DNA of 64,000 nt from Empedobacter falsenii (lineage in GTDB: Bacteria > Bacteroidota > Bacteroidia > Flavobacteriales > Weeksellaceae). The position numbers and the translations under genes are program-made. The stretch is from the NCBI RefSeq assembly GCF_013488205.1, contig NZ_CP040908.1:905876-969875 (forward strand), read 5' to 3'. Shown one piece after another: positions 49,805 to 60,222 of the stretch (positions within the stretch are counted from its first letter, which is position 1; every line of letters begins with the position of its first letter). The notes under the pieces are model-generated. The model saw only the letters and a program-made list of their open reading frames with translations. It ran no database searches and was not told where the DNA came from.

Positions 49805-51443
49805 CTTTCACGTTTAATTCTAATTGATGGTCACCAACCGAAATCTGTTCTTTGTTCAAATTAATTGATAATCGTTTAATTTTTTGATCATATTCGGCTA
49901 AAACCCACTTACCATCGATATAAGCTTTATAGTCTTTTATCCCAGATTGTGCATCATCAATTGTAAATTTGATAATAGCATTAGCTTGAGTAAATTGACT
50001 ATCTGATTTGATATTTAACGGAGTAATTGTCGGTTTAGTATTGTCAATTAAAATAGAAAAAACGCCAAAATCTTTTGGATTCGCAACAAGCTTCCCATTT
50101 TTGAGGTCTGTTGTTAAATAATCTTTTTTCCAAGCGCCTCTTTTTTGATATTCTCGCACAATAACAGCTTTGTCCAATTGTGCAGTAGGAATATCAGCAG
50201 TTGGCTCTATCGCTAACGTGTAAGTTTGATGAACTGGCATATAATAATCGCCAACCCAATGTTTACCATTCGAGAATTTATAAGCTAAATCAAAATCTTC
50301 ATAGAAGATATTTTTAGGGAAAAATATTTCGATTCCATCAGATTTGAAATGATTTTCTTTGTTCCACAACATTGGATTTGTTTCAGGAAGTTTCGCAGAA
50401 TCTACAAATGCTTTTCCATTAACAGTAAACGATTGCGAAGATAAATTGCCAGCATAATCAGAAACATCAATTTTTACTTTGTACGATTTTCCGTCTTCAA
50501 GCTCTAAAATTCCATTGTTTTTTAGGTTAGAATACATTCTGACAGGATTTCCATCTTTTACAAAACCTTGATACACCCAACTATTATTTTTCTGAATATC
50601 GGCATAATCGCAAACTGTATTTATAGCTCGCGCTTCATCAAACGAAAAACGATTAGAAGTAAACGTATAAATCGGGTCATCATTTACATAAATATTTATT
50701 TGATGAATACCATTGTTGTTTTCAACTCCATTCAGTTTGTCATATGCTTTTACACCAAAACCTATTGCGCCAGAAGCAGAAATTGTTCCGCCATTTGCTA
50801 CAACAATTCTATTTGTTTTTTGATTCACATCACCATAAATTGGATAAGCGTACAAACCTAAAATAGATGGTTTTCGTGTGTCAGGTAAATCAAAACCAAA
50901 ATAAAAAGGATTAATTGGTTCTTCCGTTTTGGTATCACGAATTTCGAAATGTAAATGTGGACCTCCAGAACCTCCAGAATTCCCTGAAAGCGCAATCAAA
51001 TCACCTATTTTAACAGGAAGTTCGTTTGGTTTTGGATGTAATTCGATCTTAAACGTTTCATTCGCATATTGTTGTTTACGGACATATTCCTGCAATTCTG
51101 GCGTAAATTCTCTCAAATGCGCATAAACAGAAGTATATCCATTTGGATGATCGATATAAAGTGCATTTCCGTAACCAGTTGGCGAAATATTAATACGAGA
51201 TATATAACCATCTCCAACCGCTTTTACTTTCAGACCTTCGCGTTGTTGAGTTTTGATATCAAGCCCAGCGTGGAAATGATTGGCACGTAATTCTCCAAAA
51301 TTTCCAGCCAAATAATTGGTAATTTCTAAAGGATTTTGGAAGATATTTTTTGGATATGTTTCAGATTTTGGTTGTTCAGTTCGTTGTCCAAAAACAACAG
51401 AACTTAGTAATAAGTTTAGTAAAATTGGCTTAATCACTTTCAT
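49752..51443 (-). CDS. M23 family metallopeptidase (LytM-like) with C-terminal beta-rich domains
   Basis: HxxxD (HFHAGLDIK) and HxH (GPHLHFEIR) Zn motifs. Signal peptide. Confidence 0.8.
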   Translation of the reverse strand: MKVIKPILLNLLLSSVVFGQRTEQPKSETYPKNIFQNPLEITNYLAGNFGELRANHFHAGLDIKTQQREGLKVKAVGDGYISRINISPTGYGNALYIDHPNGYTSVYAHLREFTPELQEYVRKQQYANETFKIELHPKPNELPVKIGDLIALSGNSGGSGGPHLHFEIRDTKTEEPINPFYFGFDLPDTRKPSILGLYAYPIYGDVNQKTNRIVVANGGTISASGAIGFGVKAYDKLNGVENNNGIHQINIYVNDDPIYTFTSNRFSFDEARAINTVCDYADIQKNNSWVYQGFVKDGNPVRMYSNLKNNGILELEDGKSYKVKIDVSDYAGNLSSQSFTVNGKAFVDSAKLPETNPMLWNKENHFKSDGIEIFFPKNIFYEDFDLAYKFSNGKHWVGDYYMPVHQTYTLAIEPTADIPTAQLDKAVIVREYQKRGAWKKDYLTTDLKNGKLVANPKDFGVFSILIDNTKPTITPLNIKSDSQFTQANAIIKFTIDDAQSGIKDYKAYIDGKWVLAEYDQKIKRLSINLNKEQISVGDHQLELNVKDEKNNTATYSTTFKKIS

Positions 51444-51680
51444 TTTTTCTTTTCAATAATTAACAAATCAGTTAAAAGTAAACTAATTCTTTTACAAACA
51501 TCTTTAATCTTTTGAATTTCTGAAAATTATTTGAAGATAAATCTTTGTAAAATAAAATTAAATAATTGATTATAAGTATTTTGTATTTGTAAAATAATAA
51601 ACAAGTAAAAGAAAAGGATTTTGGTGAATGATTGAAAAATGATGCAACTAATTTTAAATCAAACATTAAAAAACATCATT

Positions 51681-52505
51681 ATGAGAAAAATTATTTTAGC
51701 ACTTTTTATAGTTGCTTCTATCACAAGTTGTAAACAATACAAGAGTTCGGAAAGTAATGCAGAATTGGCTGCGGATGCGAAAGAAGAAGTTGCAGTTTCT
51801 AATGCCGCAAATCCAGAAGTAGAAGGGAAGACTTTCAAATCGAATGCGTTGATTGAAATGAAAGTAAAAGATGCGATGAAAGATGCGGTTCAAATTGAAG
51901 AAAATGCGATTGCACTGAATGGTTTTGTGTTGAATAGCGAAATGAATAATCAAATTTTAGATTCGGATAAAATTGAATTATCGGAAGAAAGTGTTAAGAA
52001 AATAGATAAAATTCAACGTTCTTATTTGATTGAATTAAAAGTTCCGTCAAATAAATTGCGCGAGCATGTCAAATTTGCAGTAGAGAAAGGAATTATTATC
52101 GATCATATTTTAATTAATAATGAAGAAATGACCTTCGAGAAATATGAGAATGAGTTGAAAAATGAAAACAATAAAGCAGTTAAAATTTCGCAACAAATCG
52201 AAAATAAAGTCAACAAAGCGTTGATAAATGATGCGACTTCTTATGCGACTATTGCGTATCAATTATCAGAAGAACCACGAGTTGTAACGAATATTTTACC
52301 ACAAACCGATCTGAAAGCTTATAGAGAAATCAACTTAGGATATGAGTTAAAACAAAGTTGGAAAGATGGAATGTATTATTTCAAATCAATTTTGATTATT
52401 TTCTGTCAATTTCTGCCAACTATTCTTTCGGTATTGTTTTTGTTTTTTAGTATCAAGTATGTTGTGAAAGTAGTGAAGAATAGAGAAACGAAACAAAAAA
52501 TATAA
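51681..52505 (+). CDS. hypothetical lipoprotein with C-terminal TM helix
   Basis: Probable start at MRKIIL with lipobox ITSC. The listed ORF begins 42 nt earlier. Confidence 0.4.
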   Translation: MRKIILALFIVASITSCKQYKSSESNAELAADAKEEVAVSNAANPEVEGKTFKSNALIEMKVKDAMKDAVQIEENAIALNGFVLNSEMNNQILDSDKIELSEESVKKIDKIQRSYLIELKVPSNKLREHVKFAVEKGIIIDHILINNEEMTFEKYENELKNENNKAVKISQQIENKVNKALINDATSYATIAYQLSEEPRVVTNILPQTDLKAYREINLGYELKQSWKDGMYYFKSILIIFCQFLPTILSVLFLFFSIKYVVKVVKNRETKQKI

Positions 52506-52626
52506 GTAAATCTCTATTTGTCAAATGAATAAGAAAAAACTGATAATATTTAGGTTTTTGTATTGATTAGAAGTAAAAAAATACTATTTTTGCAATAGAA
52601 GCTAGAATAATTGAAATTCTCAGGAG

Positions 52627-52971
52627 ATGGAAAAAATGGTAAAATTTAATGAACTTGAAAACAAAGTTTTAAGTGTTTTAGGCCAACTTGGGAATTATAA
52701 AGATATATTGAAGGGCGCTGAAAACTCGATACAAGAATTGGAAAAATTGCAAAATGAAATCAATTCTCTAAAAGAAGAAAATGCCCGATTGAAAAATAAA
52801 TTGAGAGATTCGCAAGCGAATAACTTAAATTTAAATGAGGAGGTAAAACGATTAAAAGTCGTTAATGCAATGAGCGGAAATCAGGAGTACAAACAAATGA
52901 TGAAGCAAAGAATGAACAAATTAATAAAAGAAGTCGATACGTGCATCGCTCAAATTAAAACTAATAATTAA
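52627..52971 (+). CDS. coiled-coil protein (possible ZapB-like division protein)
   Basis: 114 aa, entirely heptad-like. Immediately upstream of zapA. Confidence 0.4.
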   Translation: MEKMVKFNELENKVLSVLGQLGNYKDILKGAENSIQELEKLQNEINSLKEENARLKNKLRDSQANNLNLNEEVKRLKVVNAMSGNQEYKQMMKQRMNKLIKEVDTCIAQIKTNN

Positions 52972-52979
52972 TAAAAAGA

Positions 52980-53270
52980 ATGTCAACTCAACGAATTGAG
53001 ATAAAAATTGCTTCACGTCATTATCCAATGACGATTAATTCTGACGAGGAAGAAATGTTACTTTCTTGTGCAGAAGAAATAAATGGTATTTTGAAACAAT
53101 TTGAACAAAAGTACGCTGTTTCTGACAAACAAGACGCGCTTGCAATGGTGACAATTCAGTTAGCTTTACGCGAAGCAAAGCTGAAAAAGCAAGTGAAAGA
53201 TAACGAAGAAATGACTACAGAGCGCATTTCGAAGTTATTAGAATTGATTGATCAGTCAATCGCAAAATAA
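52980..53270 (+). CDS. zapA: cell division protein ZapA
   Basis: 96 aa. The N-terminal pattern (IKIASRHYPMT) is typical of ZapA. Confidence 0.65.
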   Translation: MSTQRIEIKIASRHYPMTINSDEEEMLLSCAEEINGILKQFEQKYAVSDKQDALAMVTIQLALREAKLKKQVKDNEEMTTERISKLLELIDQSIAK

Positions 53271-53312
53271 GAGAAGTTCTGACAGTTGTGAAACTGTCCA
53301 CTAAACAATATT

Positions 53313-53492
53313 CCTACATTAGTTCTAGCTATTTTGGTTAACTCAACACTAGTTTTGTTACCGAGTGAACACCGTTCGGAAAGCGGGCCGCAACCTTTTA
53401 GGTTCATTTATTTGACAGCGGATACTTGATTGACGGACTAACTCAAATCCTGTTTACAGGAGTTAACTCAAAACATACTTTACTAATGTAGG
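53313..53492 (+). ncRNA. ssrS: candidate 6S RNA (ssrS)
   Basis: About 180 nt with perfect 11-bp terminal pairing (CCTACATTAGT/ACTAATGTAGG) and a second stem (GTTAACTC/GAGTTAAC). GC-rich internal hairpins sit in an AT-rich genome, and a T7 tract follows. Located right after zapA, as in the E. coli zapA-ssrS arrangement. Confidence 0.55.
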
Positions 53493-53521
53493 TTTTTTTA
53501 TATATAAACATTACATAATCT

Positions 53522-55096
53522 ATGGACCCAATTATGACAATAATTATTGCAATTGTTACATTAATCATAGGTGCAGCGGTGGGATATTTCTTATCAAAAA
53601 AATCAGTTGATAAACAGAATCAAGAACTGATTGACGAAGCAACTCGCAAAGCACAAAATTTGATTAATGATGCTGAGAAAGATGGTGAAGCCATTAAAAA
53701 AGAGAAAATTTTTCAAGCCAAAGAGAAATTTTTAGAATTAAAATCTAAACACGAAGAAGTTGTTAATCAACGTGAAAGAAAAGTAGCTGATGCTGAGCTT
53801 AAAGTAAAAGAACGTGAAGAGAGAATCAAAACGGACTTAGCAGAAATTCAGAAACAAAAAGATCAGATTAAATCTGAGAAAGGAAATATACAAGCACGTA
53901 CAGAAAAGCTTAATATTAAGCAAAAAGAAGTGGATACGATGCACAAAAAACAAGTAGAAATCCTTGAAAAAATTTCGAATTATTCTGCTGATGAAGCACG
54001 TGCCGAACTGATTGAAGTCTTAAAAGACGAAGCAAGAACTAAAGCACAAGCTCATATCCAAGAAATTATGGAAGAGGCTGAATTAGATGCGAAAAGCGAA
54101 GCGCGTAAAATTGTGATTTCTTCTATTCAACGTATTGGTACAGAGCAAGCTATTGAGAATGCGGTTTCTGTATTTAATATTGAGTCTGACGAAATTAAAG
54201 GACGTATCATTGGTCGTGAAGGACGTAACATTCGTGCAATTGAGGCTGCGACTGGAGTTGAGGTGATTGTTGATGATACGCCAGAAGCGATTATCCTTTC
54301 TTGTTTCGACCCTGTTCGTCGTGAAATTGCTCGTTTGTCTTTGCATCGCTTAGTAACGGACGGACGTATTCACCCAGCACGTATTGAGGAAGTTGTTGCG
54401 AAAACAACAAAACAAATCGAGGACGAAATTATCGAAGTTGGTAAGAAAACAATTTTAGATTTAGGAATTCATGGTTTACACAAAGATTTGGTTCGTATCG
54501 TTGGACGAATGAAATATCGTTCTTCTTATGGTCAAAACTTATTGCAACACTCTCGCGAGGTGGCAAACTTAGCAGGAACGTTGGCTGCGGAATTAGGATT
54601 GAATCCTAAGTTAGCGAAACGTGCAGGTTTATTACACGATATTGGTAAAGTTCCGGAGCAAGAATCTGAATTGCCTCACGCAATTTTGGGTATGCAATGG
54701 GCAGAAAAATATGGGGAACATCCAGATGTAATTAACGCGATTGGAGCTCACCACGACGAAATTGAGATGACTTCTTTAATTTCACCACTTGTACAAGTAG
54801 CCGATGCAATTTCTGGTGCTCGTCCAGGTGCTCGTCGTCAAGTTGTGGAATCGTATATGCAACGTTTAAAAGATTTAGAAGCTACGGCTCTTAACTTTGA
54901 TGGTGTAGAAAAAGCATACGCGATTCAAGCTGGTCGTGAGTTGCGTGTGATTGTAGAAAGTGATAAAGTTGATGATACAAAAGCAGCTGAATTATCGTTC
55001 TTAATTTCAGATAAAATTCAAAACGAAATGACTTATCCAGGTCAAGTTCGTGTAACTGTAATTCGTGAAACGCGTGCAGTAAATATTGCAAGATAA
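53522..55096 (+). CDS. rny: ribonuclease Y
   Basis: N-terminal TM helix, a coiled-coil, a KH domain and an HD domain (HD ... GK motif). Confidence 0.9.
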   Translation: MDPIMTIIIAIVTLIIGAAVGYFLSKKSVDKQNQELIDEATRKAQNLINDAEKDGEAIKKEKIFQAKEKFLELKSKHEEVVNQRERKVADAELKVKEREERIKTDLAEIQKQKDQIKSEKGNIQARTEKLNIKQKEVDTMHKKQVEILEKISNYSADEARAELIEVLKDEARTKAQAHIQEIMEEAELDAKSEARKIVISSIQRIGTEQAIENAVSVFNIESDEIKGRIIGREGRNIRAIEAATGVEVIVDDTPEAIILSCFDPVRREIARLSLHRLVTDGRIHPARIEEVVAKTTKQIEDEIIEVGKKTILDLGIHGLHKDLVRIVGRMKYRSSYGQNLLQHSREVANLAGTLAAELGLNPKLAKRAGLLHDIGKVPEQESELPHAILGMQWAEKYGEHPDVINAIGAHHDEIEMTSLISPLVQVADAISGARPGARRQVVESYMQRLKDLEATALNFDGVEKAYAIQAGRELRVIVESDKVDDTKAAELSFLISDKIQNEMTYPGQVRVTVIRETRAVNIAR

Positions 55097-55120
55097 AATT
55101 TAGAATTTAATCATATTCTT

Positions 55121-55155
55121 TAGGCAAGTCTACAACAAGGCTTGCCTATTTTTTT
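55121..55155 (+). terminator. intrinsic terminator after rny
   Basis: AGGCAAG-loop-CTTGCCT followed by a T7 run. Confidence 0.7.
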
Positions 55156-55479
55156 GTGTTAAATTATAGAAAATTAATCCAAGTTATAGTTGTTATTTTG
55201 ATAAAAATTATTAAATTATAACGAATAAAAATATGAAAATAATCGATTAATAATCAGGTAATTAACAACTTGTTGATAACCTTTTTAATTTTTAAGATTA
55301 CAAAATTTTTAATTGTAAAATCTTATCTTAATTTTGAAAGAATCGATGAGTAATTGAAACGAAAATGTAACCCTATTGAGGTTCAAATTTCTAAATAAAA
55401 TAAAAGAACCAACTTTAATTTATTTGGAAGAAAAAATCGTTTTTACCAAAGTTTATTAATCTAAAAAGTCCAAAAAACT

Positions 55480-56439
55480 ATGTCTATTTTTGATAAAAGG
55501 GTAAATTATAAACCATTTGAATATCCTGAAATTTTAACCTTTACAGAAGCAATCCAAAAAGCATATTGGGTACATGGAGAAGTAGATTTTACTTCGGATA
55601 TCCAAGATTATCATGCTAATTTAGATGATGCGAAACGCGAAATTCACAAACGTTCTATTTTATCAATTGCGCAAGTTGAGGTAACGGTAAAAGGATTTTG
55701 GGGAGATTTGTATCACTATTTTCCAAAACCAGAATTGAATGGATTAGGTGCTACTTTTGCAGAATGTGAGTTTAGACACAGTGAAGCATATTCGCGTATT
55801 TTGGAGGTAAATGGTTATTTGGATGAGTTTAATGTAGCCTTACAAAATCCAATTTTCAAAAGCTATAATACGTTTGTTGGCGAAATTATGCGCGACGAGA
55901 GCAAATCAATTGTAGAGAAATTATTGTTCTTTGCATTGGTGATCGAAGATAGTTCGTTGTTCTCGAAATTTGCAAATATTTTGGCATTTACACGTTTTGA
56001 CGGTTTAATGAAAAATACAGCAAACATCATTGCTTGGACATCTACAGATGAGCAAATTCACGCAAATGCTGGGATTTATTTGATTAATAAAATTCGTGAA
56101 GAAGGTTTATTACCAGAAGAGTTAGATCAAAACTGGGTAGAAACTGCTGTTCGTGGTTATATCGATCAAGAAGAAATGATGTTGGATTGGATTTTCGAGA
56201 AAGGAGAATTTGGTTATTACTCAAAAGCAGATTTATTAAACTATATGAAATACCGTATTGATGAAGCGATTGCTAAAATTGGATATAAAAAAATATTTCA
56301 TATTTCACAAGAACAATATAAACAGATGGCTTGGTTTGAGGAAGAAGTTTTTGCAAGTAGCTTGGACGATTTCTTCGCAAAAAGACCAGTAGATTATACT
56401 AAACACGACAAAAGTATTTCAGCAGACGATTTATTTTAA
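55480..56439 (+). CDS. nrdB: class I ribonucleotide reductase beta subunit
   Basis: Ferritin-like di-metal site motifs (ECEFRHSEAY; E-x-x-H). 319 aa. No ATP cone. Confidence 0.85.
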   Translation: MSIFDKRVNYKPFEYPEILTFTEAIQKAYWVHGEVDFTSDIQDYHANLDDAKREIHKRSILSIAQVEVTVKGFWGDLYHYFPKPELNGLGATFAECEFRHSEAYSRILEVNGYLDEFNVALQNPIFKSYNTFVGEIMRDESKSIVEKLLFFALVIEDSSLFSKFANILAFTRFDGLMKNTANIIAWTSTDEQIHANAGIYLINKIREEGLLPEELDQNWVETAVRGYIDQEEMMLDWIFEKGEFGYYSKADLLNYMKYRIDEAIAKIGYKKIFHISQEQYKQMAWFEEEVFASSLDDFFAKRPVDYTKHDKSISADDLF

Positions 56440-56518
56440 ACCGCCGAAACTTTTCATCAAAAACACAACTATAAATAAAATTATTTAACAATATCACATC
56501 ATTATAAATTCTAAAGCT

Positions 56519-58219
56519 ATGGAGAATCCAATACCACACGACGACATTCAAAACATATTTTTTGACGGTGAAGCACCAAAATTATGGTGGAAAAACTCTG
56601 AATCTGAACAAATTTTGAATAGAGGTTATTTATTGAAAGGAGAAACAGTTGAAGGAGCTATAGATCGTATTACAGCTGCGGCTGCAAAGCGTTTATACAA
56701 ACCAGAATTGCAAGAATCTTTCAAAGAAATGATAGAAAGAGGTTGGATGAGTTTATCATCTCCAATTTGGGCAAACATGGGAACAGAGCGTGGTTTACCA
56801 ATTTCTTGTTTCAATGTTCATATTCCAGATAGTATCGAGGGAATTACGCATAAATTAGGAGAAGTTATCATGCAAACTAAAATCGGTGGTGGTACTTCTG
56901 GTTATTTTGGTGAATTGCGTGAGCGTGGAGCAGCAATTACAGATAACGGAAAGAGTAGTGGTGCTGTTTCGTTTATGGAATTGTTCAATTCGGCGATGAA
57001 TGTGGTTTCTCAAGGTTCTACACGTCGTGGAGCTTTTGCTGCTTATTTAGATATTGACCATGATGATATCGAAGAATTTTTGAAAATTAAATCGATCGGA
57101 AGTTCAATTCAGAATTTATTTTATGGTGTTTGTGTGCCAGATTATTGGATGCAAGAAATGATTGATGGAGATGCGGATAAACGTCAAATTTGGGCGAAAG
57201 TTTTAGAGTCTCGTCAAGAAAAAGGATTACCATATTTATTCTTTACAGATAATGTAAATAAAAATAAACCACAGGTTTACAAAGATTTAGGAATGTCAAT
57301 TAATGCTTCTAATCTTTGTTCAGAAATTATGTTGCCTTCATCTGCGGACGAATCATTTATTTGTTGTTTATCTTCTATGAATTTAGAATTATACGACGAA
57401 TGGAAAGATACAGAAGCAGTACGTTTAGCAATTTTCTTCTTGGATGCAGTTTTACAAGAATTCATTGAAAAAACAGAAGGAAATCATTATTTAGAGTCTG
57501 CTAATCGTTTTGCAAAACGTCACCGTGCATTAGGTTTAGGTGTATTAGGATGGCACTCTTATTTACAACGCAACATGATTCCTTTCGAAGGAATGGAAGC
57601 GAAATTACGTACAACAGAAATTTTCAAGCATATTCAATCTAAAGCAGATAAAGCTTCGGAAGAATTAGCACGTATTTATGGCGAACCAGAAGTTTTAAAA
57701 GGTTACGGACGTCGTAACACAACAACTTGTGCAATTGCGCCAACTACATCTTCTTCTGCAATTTTAGGACAAACTTCTCCAGGAATTGAGCCGTTTGCTT
57801 CTAATTATTACAAAGCAGGTTTATCGAAAGGTAACTTTATGCGTAAGAATAAATATTTGACTAGATTATTACGTGAAAAAGGAATCGATAACGAGGATAT
57901 TTGGCGCGAAATCATGTTGAATGGAGGATCTGTGCAACATTTAGAGCAATTGACAAAAGAGGAAAAAGATGTATTCAAAACATTCAAAGAAATTTCTCAA
58001 TTAGAAATTGTTCAACAAGCAGCGATTCGTCAAAAATATGTAGATCAATCGCAATCATTAAACTTAAATATTCCACCAGATTTACCTGTGAAGGAAGTTA
58101 ACCGTTTGATGATCGAAGCTTGGCAATTAGGAGTTAAAACATTGTACTATCAACGTTCACAATCAGTTTCTAAGGAATTAGTTGCAAACTTAGTTTCTTG
58201 TTCTTCTTGTGAGGCTTAA
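56519..58219 (+). CDS. nrdA: class I ribonucleotide reductase alpha subunit, short form (566 aa) lacking N-terminal ATP-cone
   Basis: Active-site NLCSEI motif and a C-terminal Cys pair (SCSSCEA). No ATP-cone sequence at the N-terminus. Confidence 0.85.
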   Translation: MENPIPHDDIQNIFFDGEAPKLWWKNSESEQILNRGYLLKGETVEGAIDRITAAAAKRLYKPELQESFKEMIERGWMSLSSPIWANMGTERGLPISCFNVHIPDSIEGITHKLGEVIMQTKIGGGTSGYFGELRERGAAITDNGKSSGAVSFMELFNSAMNVVSQGSTRRGAFAAYLDIDHDDIEEFLKIKSIGSSIQNLFYGVCVPDYWMQEMIDGDADKRQIWAKVLESRQEKGLPYLFFTDNVNKNKPQVYKDLGMSINASNLCSEIMLPSSADESFICCLSSMNLELYDEWKDTEAVRLAIFFLDAVLQEFIEKTEGNHYLESANRFAKRHRALGLGVLGWHSYLQRNMIPFEGMEAKLRTTEIFKHIQSKADKASEELARIYGEPEVLKGYGRRNTTTCAIAPTTSSSAILGQTSPGIEPFASNYYKAGLSKGNFMRKNKYLTRLLREKGIDNEDIWREIMLNGGSVQHLEQLTKEEKDVFKTFKEISQLEIVQQAAIRQKYVDQSQSLNLNIPPDLPVKEVNRLMIEAWQLGVKTLYYQRSQSVSKELVANLVSCSSCEA

Positions 58220-58242
58220 TAGGAAATGATATATGTTATTAC

Positions 58243-58281
58243 AAATCTAAAAATCCGCTCATTGAGCGGATTTTTAGATTT
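58243..58281. terminator. perfect 39-nt palindrome, terminator after nrdA
   Basis: AAATCTAAAAATCCGCTCA-TTGAGCGGATTTTTAGATTT. Confidence 0.75.
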
Positions 58282-58332
58282 TATGAATTTTTAGATTTAA
58301 TTATTATCGAACAAAAATTTACTGATTTAAAG

Positions 58333-59004
58333 TTGTTGAGAAGAACAGCTTTATTAATTAATATTATTGGATGCATTTTAGGTTTGAGTACATTCGTTTC
58401 TCAGCTTTTCAATGAAATTTTAATTTATTTATCTTTTGTTTATCCTATTTTTTGCATCATTTTAGTTAGATATTATCGAGGTTTGATCTCAATCGAGCCT
58501 GAAATTAGACCAAATCTTCCAACAATTTCTATAGGTTTTATGTGCTCTTGTTTTGGGTTAATCATTAGAACCGCTATAGATTTTAATGTTTTAGATTATA
58601 AAAATGTATGGATTCCTTCCATTGTTATCGCGTTATTAATTTTAACAATCTATTATTTAAATCAATTTAAAATATTGATTTGCAACAAGAAAATTTTCGT
58701 TTATAATGTTTTTATCATAATATTAATCGAAGTATTTTCTTTTTATTCTGTCATATTCATTAATTGTAAGTATGATAGATCGGCTCCTCAAATTTATGAA
58801 ACTCAAATTTTGAAAAAAAAAGAATATAGAGTAAAAGGAGGAACAAACTATTATTTAATTATTGAAGATTGGAACAATACATTTATAGAAAAAGAGATTA
58901 AAGTAGATTATAGAAAATATTACTCAAGTTTTGAAGGAGAAAGGCTTAAAGTAGCAGAAAGACGAGGAAGATTTGATATAGCCTGGTCTTATTTTATAGA
59001 GTAA
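58333..59004 (+). CDS. hypothetical integral membrane protein
   Basis: Several hydrophobic helices. No recognisable motifs. Confidence 0.4.
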   Translation: MLRRTALLINIIGCILGLSTFVSQLFNEILIYLSFVYPIFCIILVRYYRGLISIEPEIRPNLPTISIGFMCSCFGLIIRTAIDFNVLDYKNVWIPSIVIALLILTIYYLNQFKILICNKKIFVYNVFIIILIEVFSFYSVIFINCKYDRSAPQIYETQILKKKEYRVKGGTNYYLIIEDWNNTFIEKEIKVDYRKYYSSFEGERLKVAERRGRFDIAWSYFIE

Positions 59005-59038
59005 TTAGTAAGCTATTTTTAATAAAGTTATTGATTCA

Positions 59039-59377
59039 TCAATAAAAATAATACATTTTACTTTTGTTTCGCCATCCAGCTTGGCTTTCATATTTCACAA
59101 AGTATACTTTTACATCTGCTTGACTGGCTAAATCTACAAAATAGATGTTGAATTTTGCTTGACTTTCATATTTTGTGAAAAACAATTTTCCGTTGTTACT
59201 GTCTGCTTTGGAAGAAGAATTTAATTTGAAAACTTTCAAATCTGCTTGTGCTTCTGTCTTTACCACAAATACTTTTACATCAGCCTTACTTTTTAGATTT
59301 ACACTAAAGACGGTTTGTGCATTTGTTTGTGCAGAAAAAAGTAGAAATGTTATTAAAAGACTTAGTGAAATTTTCAT
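59039..59377 (-). CDS. hypothetical secreted protein with internal (S/A)QAD(V/L)KV(F/Y)xVK repeats
   Basis: Signal peptide followed by about four imperfect repeats of a roughly 20-aa unit. Confidence 0.4.
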   Translation of the reverse strand: MKISLSLLITFLLFSAQTNAQTVFSVNLKSKADVKVFVVKTEAQADLKVFKLNSSSKADSNNGKLFFTKYESQAKFNIYFVDLASQADVKVYFVKYESQAGWRNKSKMYYFY

Positions 59378-59489
59378 ATAATTAAGTGTAAATCAAGTTA
59401 ACTAAGATAAACTATTTCAGAACAAAAATTAAAAAGAATTACCATTAAATAGAAAATCGATTACATAAGTTTTCGTTATTTCTTAAAAT

Positions 59490-60152
59490 CTAAAACGGAT
59501 TATTAATCGTCAATCCAATCATCAAATGATCGGTATGCGATGTTTTCTGACTTTGAAGCATATAACCAGCTTCCAAACTAAAAGTTGGCGAAATAACGTA
59601 TCCAAAGCTTAAACCAAGTCGATTTCTATCAAACGTTTTGTCTTTTACAGCTTGTAAAAAAATTTCGTCATACGCTTTCAAATACCAAGTATTTTCGATT
59701 AATTTTGCATTATTTAGCGGAACAGTTGCAGTCAATTGATAACGAAATCTAAATTGTGTATCATTTTCTAAAAAGCGTTCTTCAACACGAAATCGATGCG
59801 CAAAATTAAAACGTTGTAACGCATGTTTTGTATTAAATTGTTGATACAAACGATGTTCGTGACTATGAGCATAATCATCTGTAGCAGTAGGAGTTCTGTT
59901 TTGAATGTAGGCGTAACCAGCTAAAATTGTATTGTTATTTTCGGTTAAATTGTATCCTATTCCTCCTCGAATCAAAAGTTGTTGTAATTGATCTAAATCT
60001 TCGTACGAACGATATTGTATATCCGATTGAAAATTAAAATCTTTATTGATTTTTTGATTGATATTTAAGGTACTCCAAGTCCTAAAATTACTTTCTTGCG
60101 CCTGTACACCGAAGTTGGCTAAAACAATAAAACTGGCTAATATTTTCTTCAT
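59490..60152 (-). CDS. DUF2490-like outer-membrane protein
   Basis: Signal peptide. Beta-rich, with alternating aromatic residues. 220 aa. Confidence 0.45.
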   Translation of the reverse strand: MKKILASFIVLANFGVQAQESNFRTWSTLNINQKINKDFNFQSDIQYRSYEDLDQLQQLLIRGGIGYNLTENNNTILAGYAYIQNRTPTATDDYAHSHEHRLYQQFNTKHALQRFNFAHRFRVEERFLENDTQFRFRYQLTATVPLNNAKLIENTWYLKAYDEIFLQAVKDKTFDRNRLGLSFGYVISPTFSLEAGYMLQSQKTSHTDHLMIGLTINNPF

Positions 60153-60222
60153 TCATTCAATTTTAACGAAAATAAAAAAAGACACGAAAACGATTCGTGT
60201 CTTTTGTCAGTATATTTAAAAT

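Noticed and set aside
55156-55479. Possible riboswitch or NrdR box in the long AT-rich leader of nrdB
   Set aside because: No conserved riboswitch core (e.g. cobalamin B12 box) or NrdR-box-like palindrome is recognisable by eye. The region is simply AT-rich.
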